A stretch of 64,000 nt of DNA from Pseudorhodobacter sp. (GTDB lineage: Bacteria > Pseudomonadota > Alphaproteobacteria > Rhodobacterales > Rhodobacteraceae), in the NCBI GenBank assembly GCA_031413495.1, contig JANOFE010000178.1, positions 15,888 through 79,887 on the forward strand, read 5' to 3'. The translations under genes and the position numbers were made by a program. Numbering within the stretch: position 1 is the stretch's first letter; every line of letters starts with the position of its first letter. Under the pieces are notes generated by a model. That model searched no databases. It worked only from the letters and a program-made list of their open reading frames with translations, and was not told the origin of the DNA. This document shows positions 10,175 through 19,788 of the stretch, one piece after another.

Positions 10175-11224
10175 ATGTCAGAAGCAATGACCGCAGTTGA
10201 GATTGAGGATGTTCTATCCTCTATTCGCCGTTTGGTGTCAGAAGACCTGCGACCAACCCATAAATTGGTGACGGCGGCACTGCAAGCAGGGGCTGCGAAG
10301 CTTATTCTGACGCCCGCTTTGCGTGTGGTGTCGAATGATCGGACCGAATTTGTGCAGGTCGCAGATGATCTGGATGAACCGGGTGATTTGCAGTCTTTGT
10401 TGCAAAAGATCGACGTGCCGGATGGCGCAGACCCTGTTGAGATTGTGCCGATGTTTGGGTCGGTCAGGCTGCAGGAAATGGCAGATGTTCGGACCGACGA
10501 TGTGATCGGCGAAGATGTTGGCGCAGCCGCGGATGCCAATTTTCTTGCAACGGCAATGTCACGGATAAACGGCTTGTCTGCGGCAAACATGCCGCTGTCG
10601 GCACCAGCAGAGTCAATCGAAGCGGTTGTGGCTGCGGTTGGGGCGGCGGTTGGACCTGACGAATGGGAAGTTGACGGCGGCGACCCTGCACCGCAGGCCA
10701 AGGCGTGGGCAGATACGGTTTGGAACAGTGCTGATGCGCCCGACGCGCGGGCAAAGCGTGACACGGACCTGACACCGTTGGTTTTGTCTGACACCGTTGG
10801 TTTGGCACCGGAAAGTGCGGCAGCTTTCGATCAGGATGATCAGGTTGATTTTGGCGCGGTGGCTGAACCTGTCGCACAAGACCTGCAAGCCCCGGATTTT
10901 GACATGGACGGTGGGCTTGCCGATGATGTGATGGGGCAAGATAAGATTGTCTTTCATGATGAAACTGCTGCGCAACCACTGCCGCAGGCGACCGAGCAAG
11001 TTTCCGCTGAGGTGCCGCTGCAAGAGGAAAAACTTGCGCAGGATGACCTTGCCGACGCTGATGACGGTGCGGGTTTTCTAAATGAAGATCTGTTGCGCGA
11101 TATCGTGCGCGACATGATTCAAGCGGAACTGCAGGGCACTTTGGGCGAGCGCATCACCCGCAATGTGCGCAAACTTGTGCGGGCAGAGATCAACCGCGCG
11201 CTTGCCTCGCGCGATTATGAGTGA
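10175..11224 (+). CDS. PopZ-like / DUF2497 acidic protein
   Basis: The N-terminus MSEAMTAVEIEDVLSSIRRLVSED resembles the PopZ N-terminus as I recall it (..MEEILASIRRIISED). It has a long acidic low-complexity middle. The C-terminus LLRDIVRDMIQAELQGTLGERITRNVRKLVRAEINRAL is a DUF2497-type helix pair. The ORF-track start at 10061 is rejected in favour of the ATG at 10175. Confidence 0.6.
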   Translation: MSEAMTAVEIEDVLSSIRRLVSEDLRPTHKLVTAALQAGAAKLILTPALRVVSNDRTEFVQVADDLDEPGDLQSLLQKIDVPDGADPVEIVPMFGSVRLQEMADVRTDDVIGEDVGAAADANFLATAMSRINGLSAANMPLSAPAESIEAVVAAVGAAVGPDEWEVDGGDPAPQAKAWADTVWNSADAPDARAKRDTDLTPLVLSDTVGLAPESAAAFDQDDQVDFGAVAEPVAQDLQAPDFDMDGGLADDVMGQDKIVFHDETAAQPLPQATEQVSAEVPLQEEKLAQDDLADADDGAGFLNEDLLRDIVRDMIQAELQGTLGERITRNVRKLVRAEINRALASRDYE

Positions 11225-11348
11225 CCTCGCAGGCTAAAAACCCCCTAGGTGAGTTTGACTGTGGCACGCCGCGTCGGCGGCTATGCGCAGATTTCCAGAG
11301 TGTCATTTTTGGTCGCTTAAGGTGTGCGGCGAGATGCCTTATTTCAAC

Positions 11349-11377
11349 AAAAAACGCGCCCGTCAGGCGCGTTTTTT
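11349..11377. terminator. bidirectional intrinsic terminator
   Basis: aaaaaa-cgcgcc-cgtca-ggcgcg-tttttt. It lies between the convergent PopZ-like gene (+) and the 108-aa gene (-). Confidence 0.6.
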
Positions 11378-11397
11378 GGTGTCAGCATAGGTGCAGA

Positions 11398-11724
11398 TCA
11401 GGCCGCTTCGGCCTGATCCAATTCCAACGCATGGCGGCGTTCGCTTTCTTCGCGCGACAGCGCAACTGACGTGCGTATGCCCTTGGTAACAAAGCTCATA
11501 AGGCCTTTTACCACACGCTCATTCGGGTCAATCCCCGCGCAAGACAGCACTTCACGACCATCACGCGACCGGGCCCAACGGGCGATCTGTTCTGGCCCAT
11601 TGCCATATTTTTTGTCATCCGCAATGGCATCATCCAAAGCAGCCAAAACCACCGCCGCAAAAAGCTTGCGTGCGCGCTGGCCCTGTTCGAAGTTGAAAGC
11701 GGTGCTATCAACGAAATCCAACAT
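11398..11724 (-). CDS. hypothetical protein (108 aa)
   Basis: This is the only long ORF in this spacer and has normal codon bias and composition. It ends 21 nt from the bidirectional terminator. I recognise no family. Confidence 0.5.
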   Translation of the reverse strand: MLDFVDSTAFNFEQGQRARKLFAAVVLAALDDAIADDKKYGNGPEQIARWARSRDGREVLSCAGIDPNERVVKGLMSFVTKGIRTSVALSREESERRHALELDQAEAA

Positions 11725-11867
11725 CTCGTCGTCCTTTATTCTTGCTCTTGTAGTTTCTGACGTCGAACGACTATGACGATTTTGAGACGATTCGGTATTT
11801 CGCGTTTGGAATGACTGCCATGCGCGGGGTGCATGGCTTCAACCGTCTGCTACTGTATCTAGTCGCC

Positions 11868-11896
11868 TTGTCAGAGTCGCTTTCCCCATATATAGC
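11868..11896 (+). promoter_or_regulatory. candidate sigma70-type promoter of efp
   Basis: TTGTCA (11868-11873), a 17-nt spacer, then TATAGC (11891-11896). It is 44 nt upstream of the efp ATG. This is a pattern match only. Confidence 0.3.
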
Positions 11897-11939
11897 GATC
11901 CGCAATCACCAATCAAGCTTTTGTCAAGGTTTTGCCGCA

Positions 11940-12503
11940 ATGCCCAAGATCAATGGAAATGAAATTCGCCCCGGTTACATTCTGGAGCATGACGGCGGCC
12001 TTTGGGCAGCGGTCAAGGCAAACCATGTGAAGCCGGGCAAGGGCGGGGCCTTTGCGCAGGTGGAACTGAAGAACCTGCGTGATGGACGCAAGTTGAATGA
12101 ACGCTTCCGGTCAGAAGACAAAGTGGAGCGTGTGACGCTGGAAAACAAGGATCAGACGTTTCTGTATGAAACGGATGGGCGGCTGGTGTTCATGGATTCG
12201 GAAACCTATGAGCAAACCGAAATTGATGCCGAATTGCTGGGTGACCGCCGACCGTTTCTGCAAGATGGCATGATGGCGACCGTTGAATATTATGGTGACG
12301 AGGCGTTGAATGTTTCGCTGCCGCAGAAGGTGCGCTGTCAGGTGGTGGATACGGAGCCTGTGCAAAAGGGCCAGACAGCGGCCAACAGCTTTAAGCCCGC
12401 GATTTTAGACAATGGCGTGCGGATCATGATCCCGCCCTTCATTGGGCCGGAAGAATACATCATCGTTCATACCGAATTGATGGAATATTCAGAGCGGGCC
12501 TGA
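11940..12503 (+). CDS. efp: elongation factor P
   Basis: [51 protein letters not shown] is a canonical EF-P N-terminus (187 aa). The ORF-track 5' extension from 11811 is rejected. Confidence 0.95.
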   Translation: MPKINGNEIRPGYILEHDGGLWAAVKANHVKPGKGGAFAQVELKNLRDGRKLNERFRSEDKVERVTLENKDQTFLYETDGRLVFMDSETYEQTEIDAELLGDRRPFLQDGMMATVEYYGDEALNVSLPQKVRCQVVDTEPVQKGQTAANSFKPAILDNGVRIMIPPFIGPEEYIIVHTELMEYSERA

Positions 12504-12512
12504 ACGTTGGGG

Positions 12513-12557
12513 CCGGAATTTTCGAAAATTCCGGTCTAGATTTTTCGAAAAATCTAG
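12513..12557. repeat. two tandem 22-bp perfect palindromes (probable compact bidirectional terminator)
   Basis: ccggaattttcgaaaattccgg (12513-12534) and ctagatttttcgaaaaatctag (12536-12557), separated by 1 nt. Both have a TTTTCGAAAA core. They lie between the convergent efp and ygfZ genes. Confidence 0.8.
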
Positions 12558-12581
12558 CTGCGGCAGACAGGACCGTCTTTC

Positions 12582-13337
12582 TCATTCTGCGAAGATTTGG
12601 GCGCTCGCGGCGGTCAGGCGGCCATCAAGCCGGTCAAAGCGCAGAAAGGCCAGTGCGTGGCCGCCGGACTGGGTGAACAGCGTGCCGCTGGGCTTGTCGC
12701 CCGACAGGATTGTGGTGCCAACCGGTGCCGTGCCTTTTATCGCCACCCTGACCAGACCTTTGCGCAAATCGGTCTTGTGTTTCATCCGGGCGGTGACTTC
12801 TTGCCCCACATAACAGCCTTTGCGGAAATCGACGCCGTGCAGGCGTTCAAATCCTGTTTCCAGCAGATAACTGTCATCGGGGATCAGTTCGATCCCGGTT
12901 TCGGGGATACAGTGGGTGACGCGAATATCGTCCCAGTCAATGGTGGCTGGCACCCCTGCAACGCCGTAAGAGCGCCAGCCCAAAGCCGGATGGCGCGGAT
13001 CGGCGAAAGCGGCCTCTGGCACCGGGCCAAGGCCGCGCGTCACCGGCATATCAGTGGGCGTTATCTGGACGTCTGCGCGCAGCCGGTACATCATCAGGCG
13101 GCGCAGAGTTTGATCCGCGATGCTGGATTTGATGTCAATCAACACCGCATCAGGTGTTTTGACGACAAAGAAGTCGGCCAGATATTTGCCTTGCGCAGTC
13201 AGCAACCCGGCCCAGACAATGCCGGGGGCCCGATCAAGCGGCAGCAGATCATTGCTGACCAGGCCTTGCAGAAAACCAAGTGCGTCTTTGCCCGAAAGGC
13301 GCAGAATTGTGCGGTCGGATGCGATTTCGCCGGTCAT
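12582..13337 (-). CDS. ygfZ: YgfZ/CAF17-family folate-binding protein
   Basis: 251 aa with the diagnostic KGCYVGQE motif (FRKGCYVGQEVTARMKH) and a GcvT-like fold pattern. Confidence 0.85.
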   Translation of the reverse strand: MTGEIASDRTILRLSGKDALGFLQGLVSNDLLPLDRAPGIVWAGLLTAQGKYLADFFVVKTPDAVLIDIKSSIADQTLRRLMMYRLRADVQITPTDMPVTRGLGPVPEAAFADPRHPALGWRSYGVAGVPATIDWDDIRVTHCIPETGIELIPDDSYLLETGFERLHGVDFRKGCYVGQEVTARMKHKTDLRKGLVRVAIKGTAPVGTTILSGDKPSGTLFTQSGGHALAFLRFDRLDGRLTAASAQIFAE

Positions 13338-15268
13338 GTCGGCTGGCCTTCAGAGGCGTCGGTTTCCTTGAATTGAAGCCGGTAAAGTTGGGCATAAAGG
13401 CCGCCATTGGCAACAAGGTCATCATGGCGTCCCTGTTCGACGACAACGCCCTTATCCATCACGATGATCTTATCCGCCTCGCGGACGGTCGACAGGCGAT
13501 GCGCAATCACAAGGGTGGTGCGGCCTGCGCGCAGGCGGTTCAGCGCCTCGGCAACAAGGGCTTCGGATTTGGCATCGAGCGCGGATGTCGCTTCATCAAG
13601 AAGCAGCACCGGCGCATCGCGGAGCAGCGCACGGGCAATGGCGATGCGTTGGCGTTGTCCACCTGACAGGGCCGATCCGCGGGGGCCTGCCGGGCTATCC
13701 AACCCGGCGGGCAGGTTTGCGGCAAAGGTGGTGACATGGGCTGCGTCAAGGGCCGTTTGCAAGGCGTCGGTAGCGAGATCTTGTTGGCCGAGCAGCACGT
13801 TTTCACGCAACGATTCGTCAAACAGCGCGGTATCTTGTGAAACAGAGGCAAAAATGGCCCGAAGATGCGCCAGATCAAAGGTGGCGGCATCCAGATCGCC
13901 AATCAGAATGCGGCCTTTGGCAGGTTCCAGAAGGCCCGTCAAAAGCTGGAACACTGTTGTTTTTCCGGCCCCCGACGGCCCGACCAGGGCGGTGATTTTA
14001 CCGGCGTTGGCGGTGAAGCTGAGACCCTGCAAAATCGGGCTTGGCCCATAGGCGAACTGGACATTTTCAAATGTGATCGCGGGTGCACCGGGCAGGGCCG
14101 GGTGGGCCACCGCGGCACGGCGCGGGGTGGGTTTGCTGTCAAACAGCCAATAAATGCGCTCAAGGCTGGCGGCGGCAGTTTGCCAAAGGCCCGACAGGTC
14201 GCCAAGTCTGCGGATGGGTTGAAATGTCAGGGCCATGGCAGTGAAGAAGGACATGAATTCGCCCACAGTGCGGGTGCCGTCGGCGACTTCGCGCCCGCCC
14301 AGCATCAGCACCGCGAAAAAGCCGATGCCTGTCACAATGTCGATCAGGGCGGGCATCGTCGCGCGGCCCGCGGATGCACGCACTTCGACGCGCCGGAGTT
14401 GGGATATGATTTGCTGAAACCGACCGGTCTGATAGGTTTCCATGGCATTCAGTTTTATCGCTTGGATGCCGTGAAAAATCTCGTCCAGTCTGGTGGCCCG
14501 TTGGCCCGCCTGCACGCGCGACAGATCTGCCAGCCGGCGGATAAAGCGCTGAACCACCATGGCGGGCAGGATCAGCAAGGGCGCACCGACCAAGGCCGCG
14601 AGGGTCCATTGCACATCGATCGAAAGCGTCACGGCAAGCAGCGATATAAGGGCAACAAGATCGCGCCCGACGCCCATCAAAAGTGTGCTCCAGATGCCTT
14701 GCACAGCGCCGGTATCGCCCTGCACCCGTTCAATCAGGGCGCCCGGCGGGTTGTTTTGAAAAAAGGAGCCGTCAAGCGTCAGGATGTGGCGCAAAAGATC
14801 AACCTGCATGGCCATGGAAATGCGCAGCGTGATCGAGGCCATCAGCGTTTTCGACACAATGGATGTCACCGCGCGAAGCAGGAACAGCGACAAGATTGCG
14901 AGGCCCACGGCAAAAAGTGCGCCCTGCCCGGAATCGCCGGAAAACACCTTATCAAAAAGGGGTTGCAGCATGTAGCTGAGTACACCAAGCGTGCTGCCAT
15001 CAATGATCAGAATGATGAAGCAAACCACCATAAGCGGCAAATGTTTGCGCAAGTATCCACGCCAGAGACGCAGAAACAAGCCACGGGATTTGAGACTTGC
15101 GTCTTGATCTGGGGGAGACGACACGCGCTTGGTTTGCCTTTTGATCAGGAACGACAGGGCTTTCAGGGCACTGGTTTGTACGCAAGGTGATTTAGCCCGA
15201 AAGCAGGTAAGAGGCAAGGCGAGGGGCAGCGGCAGTGCCGGTCTTGTATCGGGGCTTTTGGCGTCCAT
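13334..15268 (-). CDS. ABC exporter, fused permease/ATPase (ABCB/MsbA-like)
   Basis: Six-TM N-terminal domain. Walker A GPSGAGKTT, signature LSGGQRQR, Walker B LLLDEATSALD. The stop overlaps the ygfZ start (ATGA). The true start is uncertain and the first ~40 codons may be an extension. Confidence 0.85.
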   Translation of the reverse strand: MDAKSPDTRPALPLPLALPLTCFRAKSPCVQTSALKALSFLIKRQTKRVSSPPDQDASLKSRGLFLRLWRGYLRKHLPLMVVCFIILIIDGSTLGVLSYMLQPLFDKVFSGDSGQGALFAVGLAILSLFLLRAVTSIVSKTLMASITLRISMAMQVDLLRHILTLDGSFFQNNPPGALIERVQGDTGAVQGIWSTLLMGVGRDLVALISLLAVTLSIDVQWTLAALVGAPLLILPAMVVQRFIRRLADLSRVQAGQRATRLDEIFHGIQAIKLNAMETYQTGRFQQIISQLRRVEVRASAGRATMPALIDIVTGIGFFAVLMLGGREVADGTRTVGEFMSFFTAMALTFQPIRRLGDLSGLWQTAAASLERIYWLFDSKPTPRRAAVAHPALPGAPAITFENVQFAYGPSPILQGLSFTANAGKITALVGPSGAGKTTVFQLLTGLLEPAKGRILIGDLDAATFDLAHLRAIFASVSQDTALFDESLRENVLLGQQDLATDALQTALDAAHVTTFAANLPAGLDSPAGPRGSALSGGQRQRIAIARALLRDAPVLLLDEATSALDAKSEALVAEALNRLRAGRTTLVIAHRLSTVREADKIIVMDKGVVVEQGRHDDLVANGGLYAQLYRLQFKETDASEGQPT

Positions 15269-15321
15269 TGACGAAGCTGGGCAGTCCGCATAGCCATGTC
15301 TGACAATTTTGGAGCAGCGAC

Positions 15322-16527
15322 ATGACCCTTGCCTACGGCCGACCCTATCTTGCCATTCCCGGACCGTCGGTCATGCCGGACAGGGTGCTGAGCGCTATGC
15401 ATCGTGCGTCGCCCAACATTTATGCCGGGGAGATTCATGATCTTGTTGACACGCTTTGGCCCGATCTTCAGGCGGTCGCAGGCACAACCGACCATGTGGC
15501 GATATATATTGGCAATGGTCATGCTACTTGGGAAGCGGCGAATGCAAATATGTTCAGCCGGGGTGACAAAGCCCTTGTGCTTGCGACGGGAAATTTTGGC
15601 GTCAACTGGGCAAAATCGGTTAGGGCGATGGGGGTCGGGGTTGAATTGCTGGATTTTGGCAGTGCGGCGACTGTGGATCTTGGCCGGTTCGAAGCGGCGC
15701 TGCGGGCCGACCGCGACCATGCATTCCGCGCTGTTCTGCTGACGCATGTCGATACGGCAAGCACCATCAAGAACGATATCGCGGCCCTGCGCCGTGTGCT
15801 GGATTTGGTCGGGCATCCTGCCTTGTTGGCGGTGGATTGCATAGCATCCTTGGGATGCGATGAGTACCGAATGGACGAATGGGGCGTCGATGTTACCGTT
15901 GCGGCAAGCCAGAAAGGGTTGATGACACCGCCCGGCCTTGGGTTTGTCTGGTTTTCGGAAAAGGCCAAGGCGGCCTGCACGGCGTCTGATTTGCGTACGC
16001 CCTATTGGGATTGGACGCCGCGGGCGCAAAAGGGCGAATTCTGGCAGTATTTTGACGGCACCGCACCGACGCATCATCTGTACGGGCTGCGCGCGGCGCT
16101 TGATATGATCAAGGAGGAGGGCCTTTCAAACGTTTGGGCCCGGCATACGGTTTTGGCCCGCACGGTTTGGGCCGCGTTTGACGCATGGGGGGTGGGCAAT
16201 CCTGCCATTGGACTGAACGTGGCCGATCCTGTGCTGCGTGGGCATTCGGTGACGGCGGCGCGTCTGGGGGCACCGCATGCGACACGGTTGCGAAGCTGGA
16301 CCGAGCATCAGGCTGGCGTGACGCTGGGCATCGGGTTGGGCATGGCAGAGCCGGATGATCCGGCCTATCACGGCTTTTTGCGGGTGGCGCATATGGGCCA
16401 TGTCAACGCACATATGACACTGGGTGCATTGGCGGTGATGGAGGCGGGCATGATCGCTTTGGGCATTGCACATGGATCGGGGGCGCTGGCTGCAGCCGCG
16501 AAAGTAGTCGGGGACGCGGGCAAATGA
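15322..16527 (+). CDS. class V aminotransferase (serine-pyruvate/alanine-glyoxylate type)
   Basis: 401 aa. The PGP motif is near the N-terminus (AIPGPSVMPDRVL). The PLP-lysine context is AASQKGLMTPPGLG. Confidence 0.85.
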   Translation: MTLAYGRPYLAIPGPSVMPDRVLSAMHRASPNIYAGEIHDLVDTLWPDLQAVAGTTDHVAIYIGNGHATWEAANANMFSRGDKALVLATGNFGVNWAKSVRAMGVGVELLDFGSAATVDLGRFEAALRADRDHAFRAVLLTHVDTASTIKNDIAALRRVLDLVGHPALLAVDCIASLGCDEYRMDEWGVDVTVAASQKGLMTPPGLGFVWFSEKAKAACTASDLRTPYWDWTPRAQKGEFWQYFDGTAPTHHLYGLRAALDMIKEEGLSNVWARHTVLARTVWAAFDAWGVGNPAIGLNVADPVLRGHSVTAARLGAPHATRLRSWTEHQAGVTLGIGLGMAEPDDPAYHGFLRVAHMGHVNAHMTLGALAVMEAGMIALGIAHGSGALAAAAKVVGDAGK

Positions 16528-16970
16528 CGCTGACAGTTCGGGCCGTGGCGGCAGGTGACCGCGCAGACTGGGACCGGCTTTATCAAGGCTACGCTGAATT
16601 TTACAAAGTCACGCAGACGGCCGAGATGCGGTCAACGGTCTGGGGATGGCTGCATGATCCGGCCTGCGAGGTGGAAGGACTGGTGGCGGTTGACGGTGAC
16701 GGACGCCTGATTGGGATCGCGCATTTCCGGGCTTACCTGCGTCCGCTGTCTGCAAGTGTGGGCGGGTTTCTGGATGATCTGTTTGTGGATCCGACAGCGC
16801 GCGGATCGGGTGCTGCACAGGCGCTGATTGATTCGGTGGCCGAGGTGGGCCGAAACCGCGGTTGGACGGTGATCCGCTGGATCACCGCCGCCGACAATGC
16901 CCGGGCGCGTGCCGTTTATGACCGGATGGCTGTTGCCACACCTTGGGTGACCTACGACATCAAGCTGTGA
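16524..16970 (+). CDS. GNAT family N-acetyltransferase
   Basis: 148 aa. The acetyl-CoA motif RGSGAAQALIDSV is present. There is a 4-nt overlap with the upstream aminotransferase. Confidence 0.75.
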   Translation: MTLTVRAVAAGDRADWDRLYQGYAEFYKVTQTAEMRSTVWGWLHDPACEVEGLVAVDGDGRLIGIAHFRAYLRPLSASVGGFLDDLFVDPTARGSGAAQALIDSVAEVGRNRGWTVIRWITAADNARARAVYDRMAVATPWVTYDIKL

Positions 16971-17354
16971 TCAGCCGCCATTTTTGGCCAGCCATTCGGT
17001 GAGCCACAAAATCTCGGCCTCCTGCGCGGCGATGACGGCTTCGGCAAATTTACGTACATCGGGATCGGTGCCATACTGCAGCACGATGCGCGCATTATCG
17101 ACAGCGCCCTGATGATGCGGGATCATACCGCGCACAAAATCAGCGTCCGCGTTGCCGGAATAAGGGATCGCCATAGTGGACATCATCGCCTCCATCGCAC
17201 CTTGATAGGCAAGGGTGGCGGGGGTTTCGGTGCCTGTCGTCTTGTGGGCGGAATGATCCGTGGTCTGCGCCACCAGGGGCAGGCCAAGGCCAACGGACAA
17301 AGCCGCAATAAGCGACCAGCGGATGGCTGCCGTTTGCGAAGGCAGATGGGACAT
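16971..17354 (-). CDS. DUF305 domain protein (secreted)
   Basis: Signal-like MSHLPSQTAAIRWSLIAALSVGLGLPLVA. DADFVRGMIPHHQGAVDNARIVL is the DUF305 HH motif. An AAGGAAA RBS precedes the ATG at 17354. Confidence 0.8.
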   Translation of the reverse strand: MSHLPSQTAAIRWSLIAALSVGLGLPLVAQTTDHSAHKTTGTETPATLAYQGAMEAMMSTMAIPYSGNADADFVRGMIPHHQGAVDNARIVLQYGTDPDVRKFAEAVIAAQEAEILWLTEWLAKNGG

Positions 17355-17571
17355 GGTGTTTCCTTTGGATAAACGCGTCGGGCGAGATGGATCAGGTTGC
17401 AGCAGAATTGACAACTCACATCACTGTGCACAGCCTATGGTGAACATCAGTCGGGGGCGGGTGATATCCGCTTGTGCGCTGCTGCACCGACTATAAACGT
17501 AATGCAGCCTTTTCTGCGCCCGATTTTACAGCTAGGTCTTAGATCAGATTTAGAAAGCGTGATCCTTGACG

Positions 17572-18357
17572 ATGCCCCGTGCACCATCGCGCCGACCAGT
17601 CGTCGGCATTATAGGCAATACCAGTCTCATGGGTGAGAATTATGTCGTGCATGCAAGTGGCACGATGAATGCCGAGGCTGTGGCAGATGTTTGCGGGTGC
17701 ATTCCGTTGATCATTCCGTCGGACCCGCGATTTGTGTCGGTGCCAGAGCTGCTTGATTTGTGCGATGGGTTCTTGCTGACCGGCGGGCGACCCAATGTGC
17801 ACCCGTCGGAATATGGCGAGGATGAAACACCCGGACACGGTGCCTTTGACCGCAACCGCGATGCGATTACCCTGCCATTGGTGCGGGCTTGCACCGACCG
17901 GGGCCAGCCGTTCCTTGGCATATGCCGCGGTTTTCAAGAGGTGAATGTCGCGATGGGGGGCACGCTGTACCCCGAAATTCGCGACCTGCCGGGGCGGATG
18001 AACCACCGGATGCCGCCTGACGGCACGCTAGAGGAAAAGTTTGCTTTGCGCCACGCGGTGCGGTTCACCGAGGGCGGTGTGTTTCATCAACTGATGGGCG
18101 CGCCTGAGGTGATGACGAATACTTTGCACGGGCAAGGCATTGCGCGGGCCGGTGAGCGGATTGTGGTGGACGGTCAAGCGCCCGATGGAACCCCGGAGGC
18201 CATCTATATTGCCGGCGCGCCGGGGTTTACACTGTCCGTGCAATGGCATCCGGAATGGAACGCTGCGGGTGACCCGGTCTCGCGGCCATTGTTTGCAGCA
18301 TTTGGTGCTGCGGTGACGGCATGGGCCGGGCGGGATAAGGCCTTTCAGCCGGTGTGA
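17572..18357 (+). CDS. gamma-glutamyl-GABA hydrolase-like class I glutamine amidotransferase (peptidase C26)
   Basis: GICRGFQ is the nucleophile elbow and VQWHPEW is the His-Glu motif. Overall PuuD-like pattern. Confidence 0.8.
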   Translation: MPRAPSRRPVVGIIGNTSLMGENYVVHASGTMNAEAVADVCGCIPLIIPSDPRFVSVPELLDLCDGFLLTGGRPNVHPSEYGEDETPGHGAFDRNRDAITLPLVRACTDRGQPFLGICRGFQEVNVAMGGTLYPEIRDLPGRMNHRMPPDGTLEEKFALRHAVRFTEGGVFHQLMGAPEVMTNTLHGQGIARAGERIVVDGQAPDGTPEAIYIAGAPGFTLSVQWHPEWNAAGDPVSRPLFAAFGAAVTAWAGRDKAFQPV

Positions 18358-18400
18358 CGCGTGGCGTTATCAACCGACTTCGCCGCACTTAAAAAACTGC

Positions 18401-19735
18401 ATGAAACTGGGGATGGAAATGTCAGGCTGGGCGACGGTTCGTGCGGAAATTCCGGGTATTCTGGGGCTGTCGATCCCGATTGTCGTGGGGCTTGGCGCAT
18501 CAACCTTGCTGGGGGTGACCGACAGTCTGATGCTGGCCCCGCTGGGGCCGGTGCCGCTTGCCGCTGTCGGGTTGACGATGGCGGTGGCGATCATCTTTTA
18601 TGCGGCGATTTATGGCATGTTGCAGGCACTGTCGGTGCGAATCGGGGCGGCTTACGGTGCGCGTCAGTCGCGTCAGATACCCTATATCCTGCGCAACGGT
18701 TTGGCGTTAGGCGCGCTGGTCGGTGTTGGTGGGGCGATGGTGATGGGGCTTTTCTGGTTTGCCCTGCCAATGCTGGGCCAGCCTGCCGATGTGCTGGCGG
18801 CGATGCCGGGATACTGGATCGCCACCTGCCTTTTGATGATCCCGTTTTCGGTGCTGATCGTGTTCAAATCCGCGTTCGAGGCGGTGGGTAAGCCCTGGCT
18901 TGGCACCGCGTTTTCATTTGTCGCGGTGGCGGTGAATATTCCCTTGAACTACGCGCTGATCTGGGGTCTGGGGCCGCTGCCTGCGCTGGGTTTAACGGGG
19001 GCGGGACTTGCGTCGCTTACGGCGGAAACGGCGGCTTTGGCCGTGGCGTGGCTTTGGTGGGCGCGGGCGCGCAGTATGGCACGGTTGCGGCTGCGCAGGC
19101 CGATTGCGCGGGTGGAAATGCTGGCCACCGCGCGGGAAGGCGCGCCGCTTGGGGCGCTGTACGTCGCGGAAACCGGGGCGATGGCGGTGGCGACGGTGAT
19201 GATTGGCACCTTTGGCACGATGGCACTGGCGGGCAATCAGGTGGCAATGTCGGTGGGTGGGTTGCTGTATATGGTGCCGCTTGGCATCGCAGGTGCGGTG
19301 TCAATCCGGGTGGCGCAGGCAACCGGGGCGGGGCTGGGAAGCGCGCTGCGCCCGATTGCCTTTGCCGGGCTGGCGTTGGCGCTGTGCTGGTTAACGGGGA
19401 CAGCGCTGCTGCTGGCGATCGCCGGAAATGCGATTGCCCGCCTGATCACCGACGAGGCCGAGGTGGTGGCTGTGGCCACGGTGATTTTTCTGGTCTTTGC
19501 TACCATGCAAATCGCCGATGGGGTGCAATCAACCATGTTGGGCGCGCTGCGCGGCATGTCGGATACCGGCTGGCCCGCCTTGGTGTCGATCATCGCCTAT
19601 TGGGGGATAGCCCTGCCGGTGGGATGGGTGTTGTCGGGATGGATTGGCCCGGCAGGCGTCTGGGCAGGGTTCTTTGTGGCATTGGTTGGGGCAGGCATTG
19701 CATTGCTGGTGCGGTTTCGGGCCAAAACGGCTTGA
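18401..19735 (+). CDS. MATE family efflux transporter
   Basis: 444 aa with about 12 hydrophobic segments and an N-terminal MATE pattern (IPGILGLSIPIVVGLGASTLLGVTDSLML). Confidence 0.85.
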   Translation: MKLGMEMSGWATVRAEIPGILGLSIPIVVGLGASTLLGVTDSLMLAPLGPVPLAAVGLTMAVAIIFYAAIYGMLQALSVRIGAAYGARQSRQIPYILRNGLALGALVGVGGAMVMGLFWFALPMLGQPADVLAAMPGYWIATCLLMIPFSVLIVFKSAFEAVGKPWLGTAFSFVAVAVNIPLNYALIWGLGPLPALGLTGAGLASLTAETAALAVAWLWWARARSMARLRLRRPIARVEMLATAREGAPLGALYVAETGAMAVATVMIGTFGTMALAGNQVAMSVGGLLYMVPLGIAGAVSIRVAQATGAGLGSALRPIAFAGLALALCWLTGTALLLAIAGNAIARLITDEAEVVAVATVIFLVFATMQIADGVQSTMLGALRGMSDTGWPALVSIIAYWGIALPVGWVLSGWIGPAGVWAGFFVALVGAGIALLVRFRAKTA

Positions 19736-19788
19736 GAGGCGATCCGTAATCGTCATAGTGGCGCAAACGCGCAAGAAAGCAGGGCGGA

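Noticed and set aside
13865-15190. 441-aa plus-strand ORF antisense to the ABC exporter. Similar long antisense ORFs occur at 33243-34778, 38022-39212, 52668-53945 and 62044-63348.
   Set aside because: All have Arg/Gly/His-rich low-complexity translations, and all are completely nested opposite genes with clear family motifs. I treat them as GC-driven shadow ORFs.
16962-16979. Convergent genes that abut or overlap at their stops: GNAT/DUF305 at the TGATCA at 16968-16973, DUF3422/secreted protein at 30630-30633, AMP-ligase/cydB at 45556-45565, and DUF1304/moaA at 48456-48459.
   Set aside because: The overlaps are real. Such compaction is common in streamlined alphaproteobacterial genomes and needs no special explanation.
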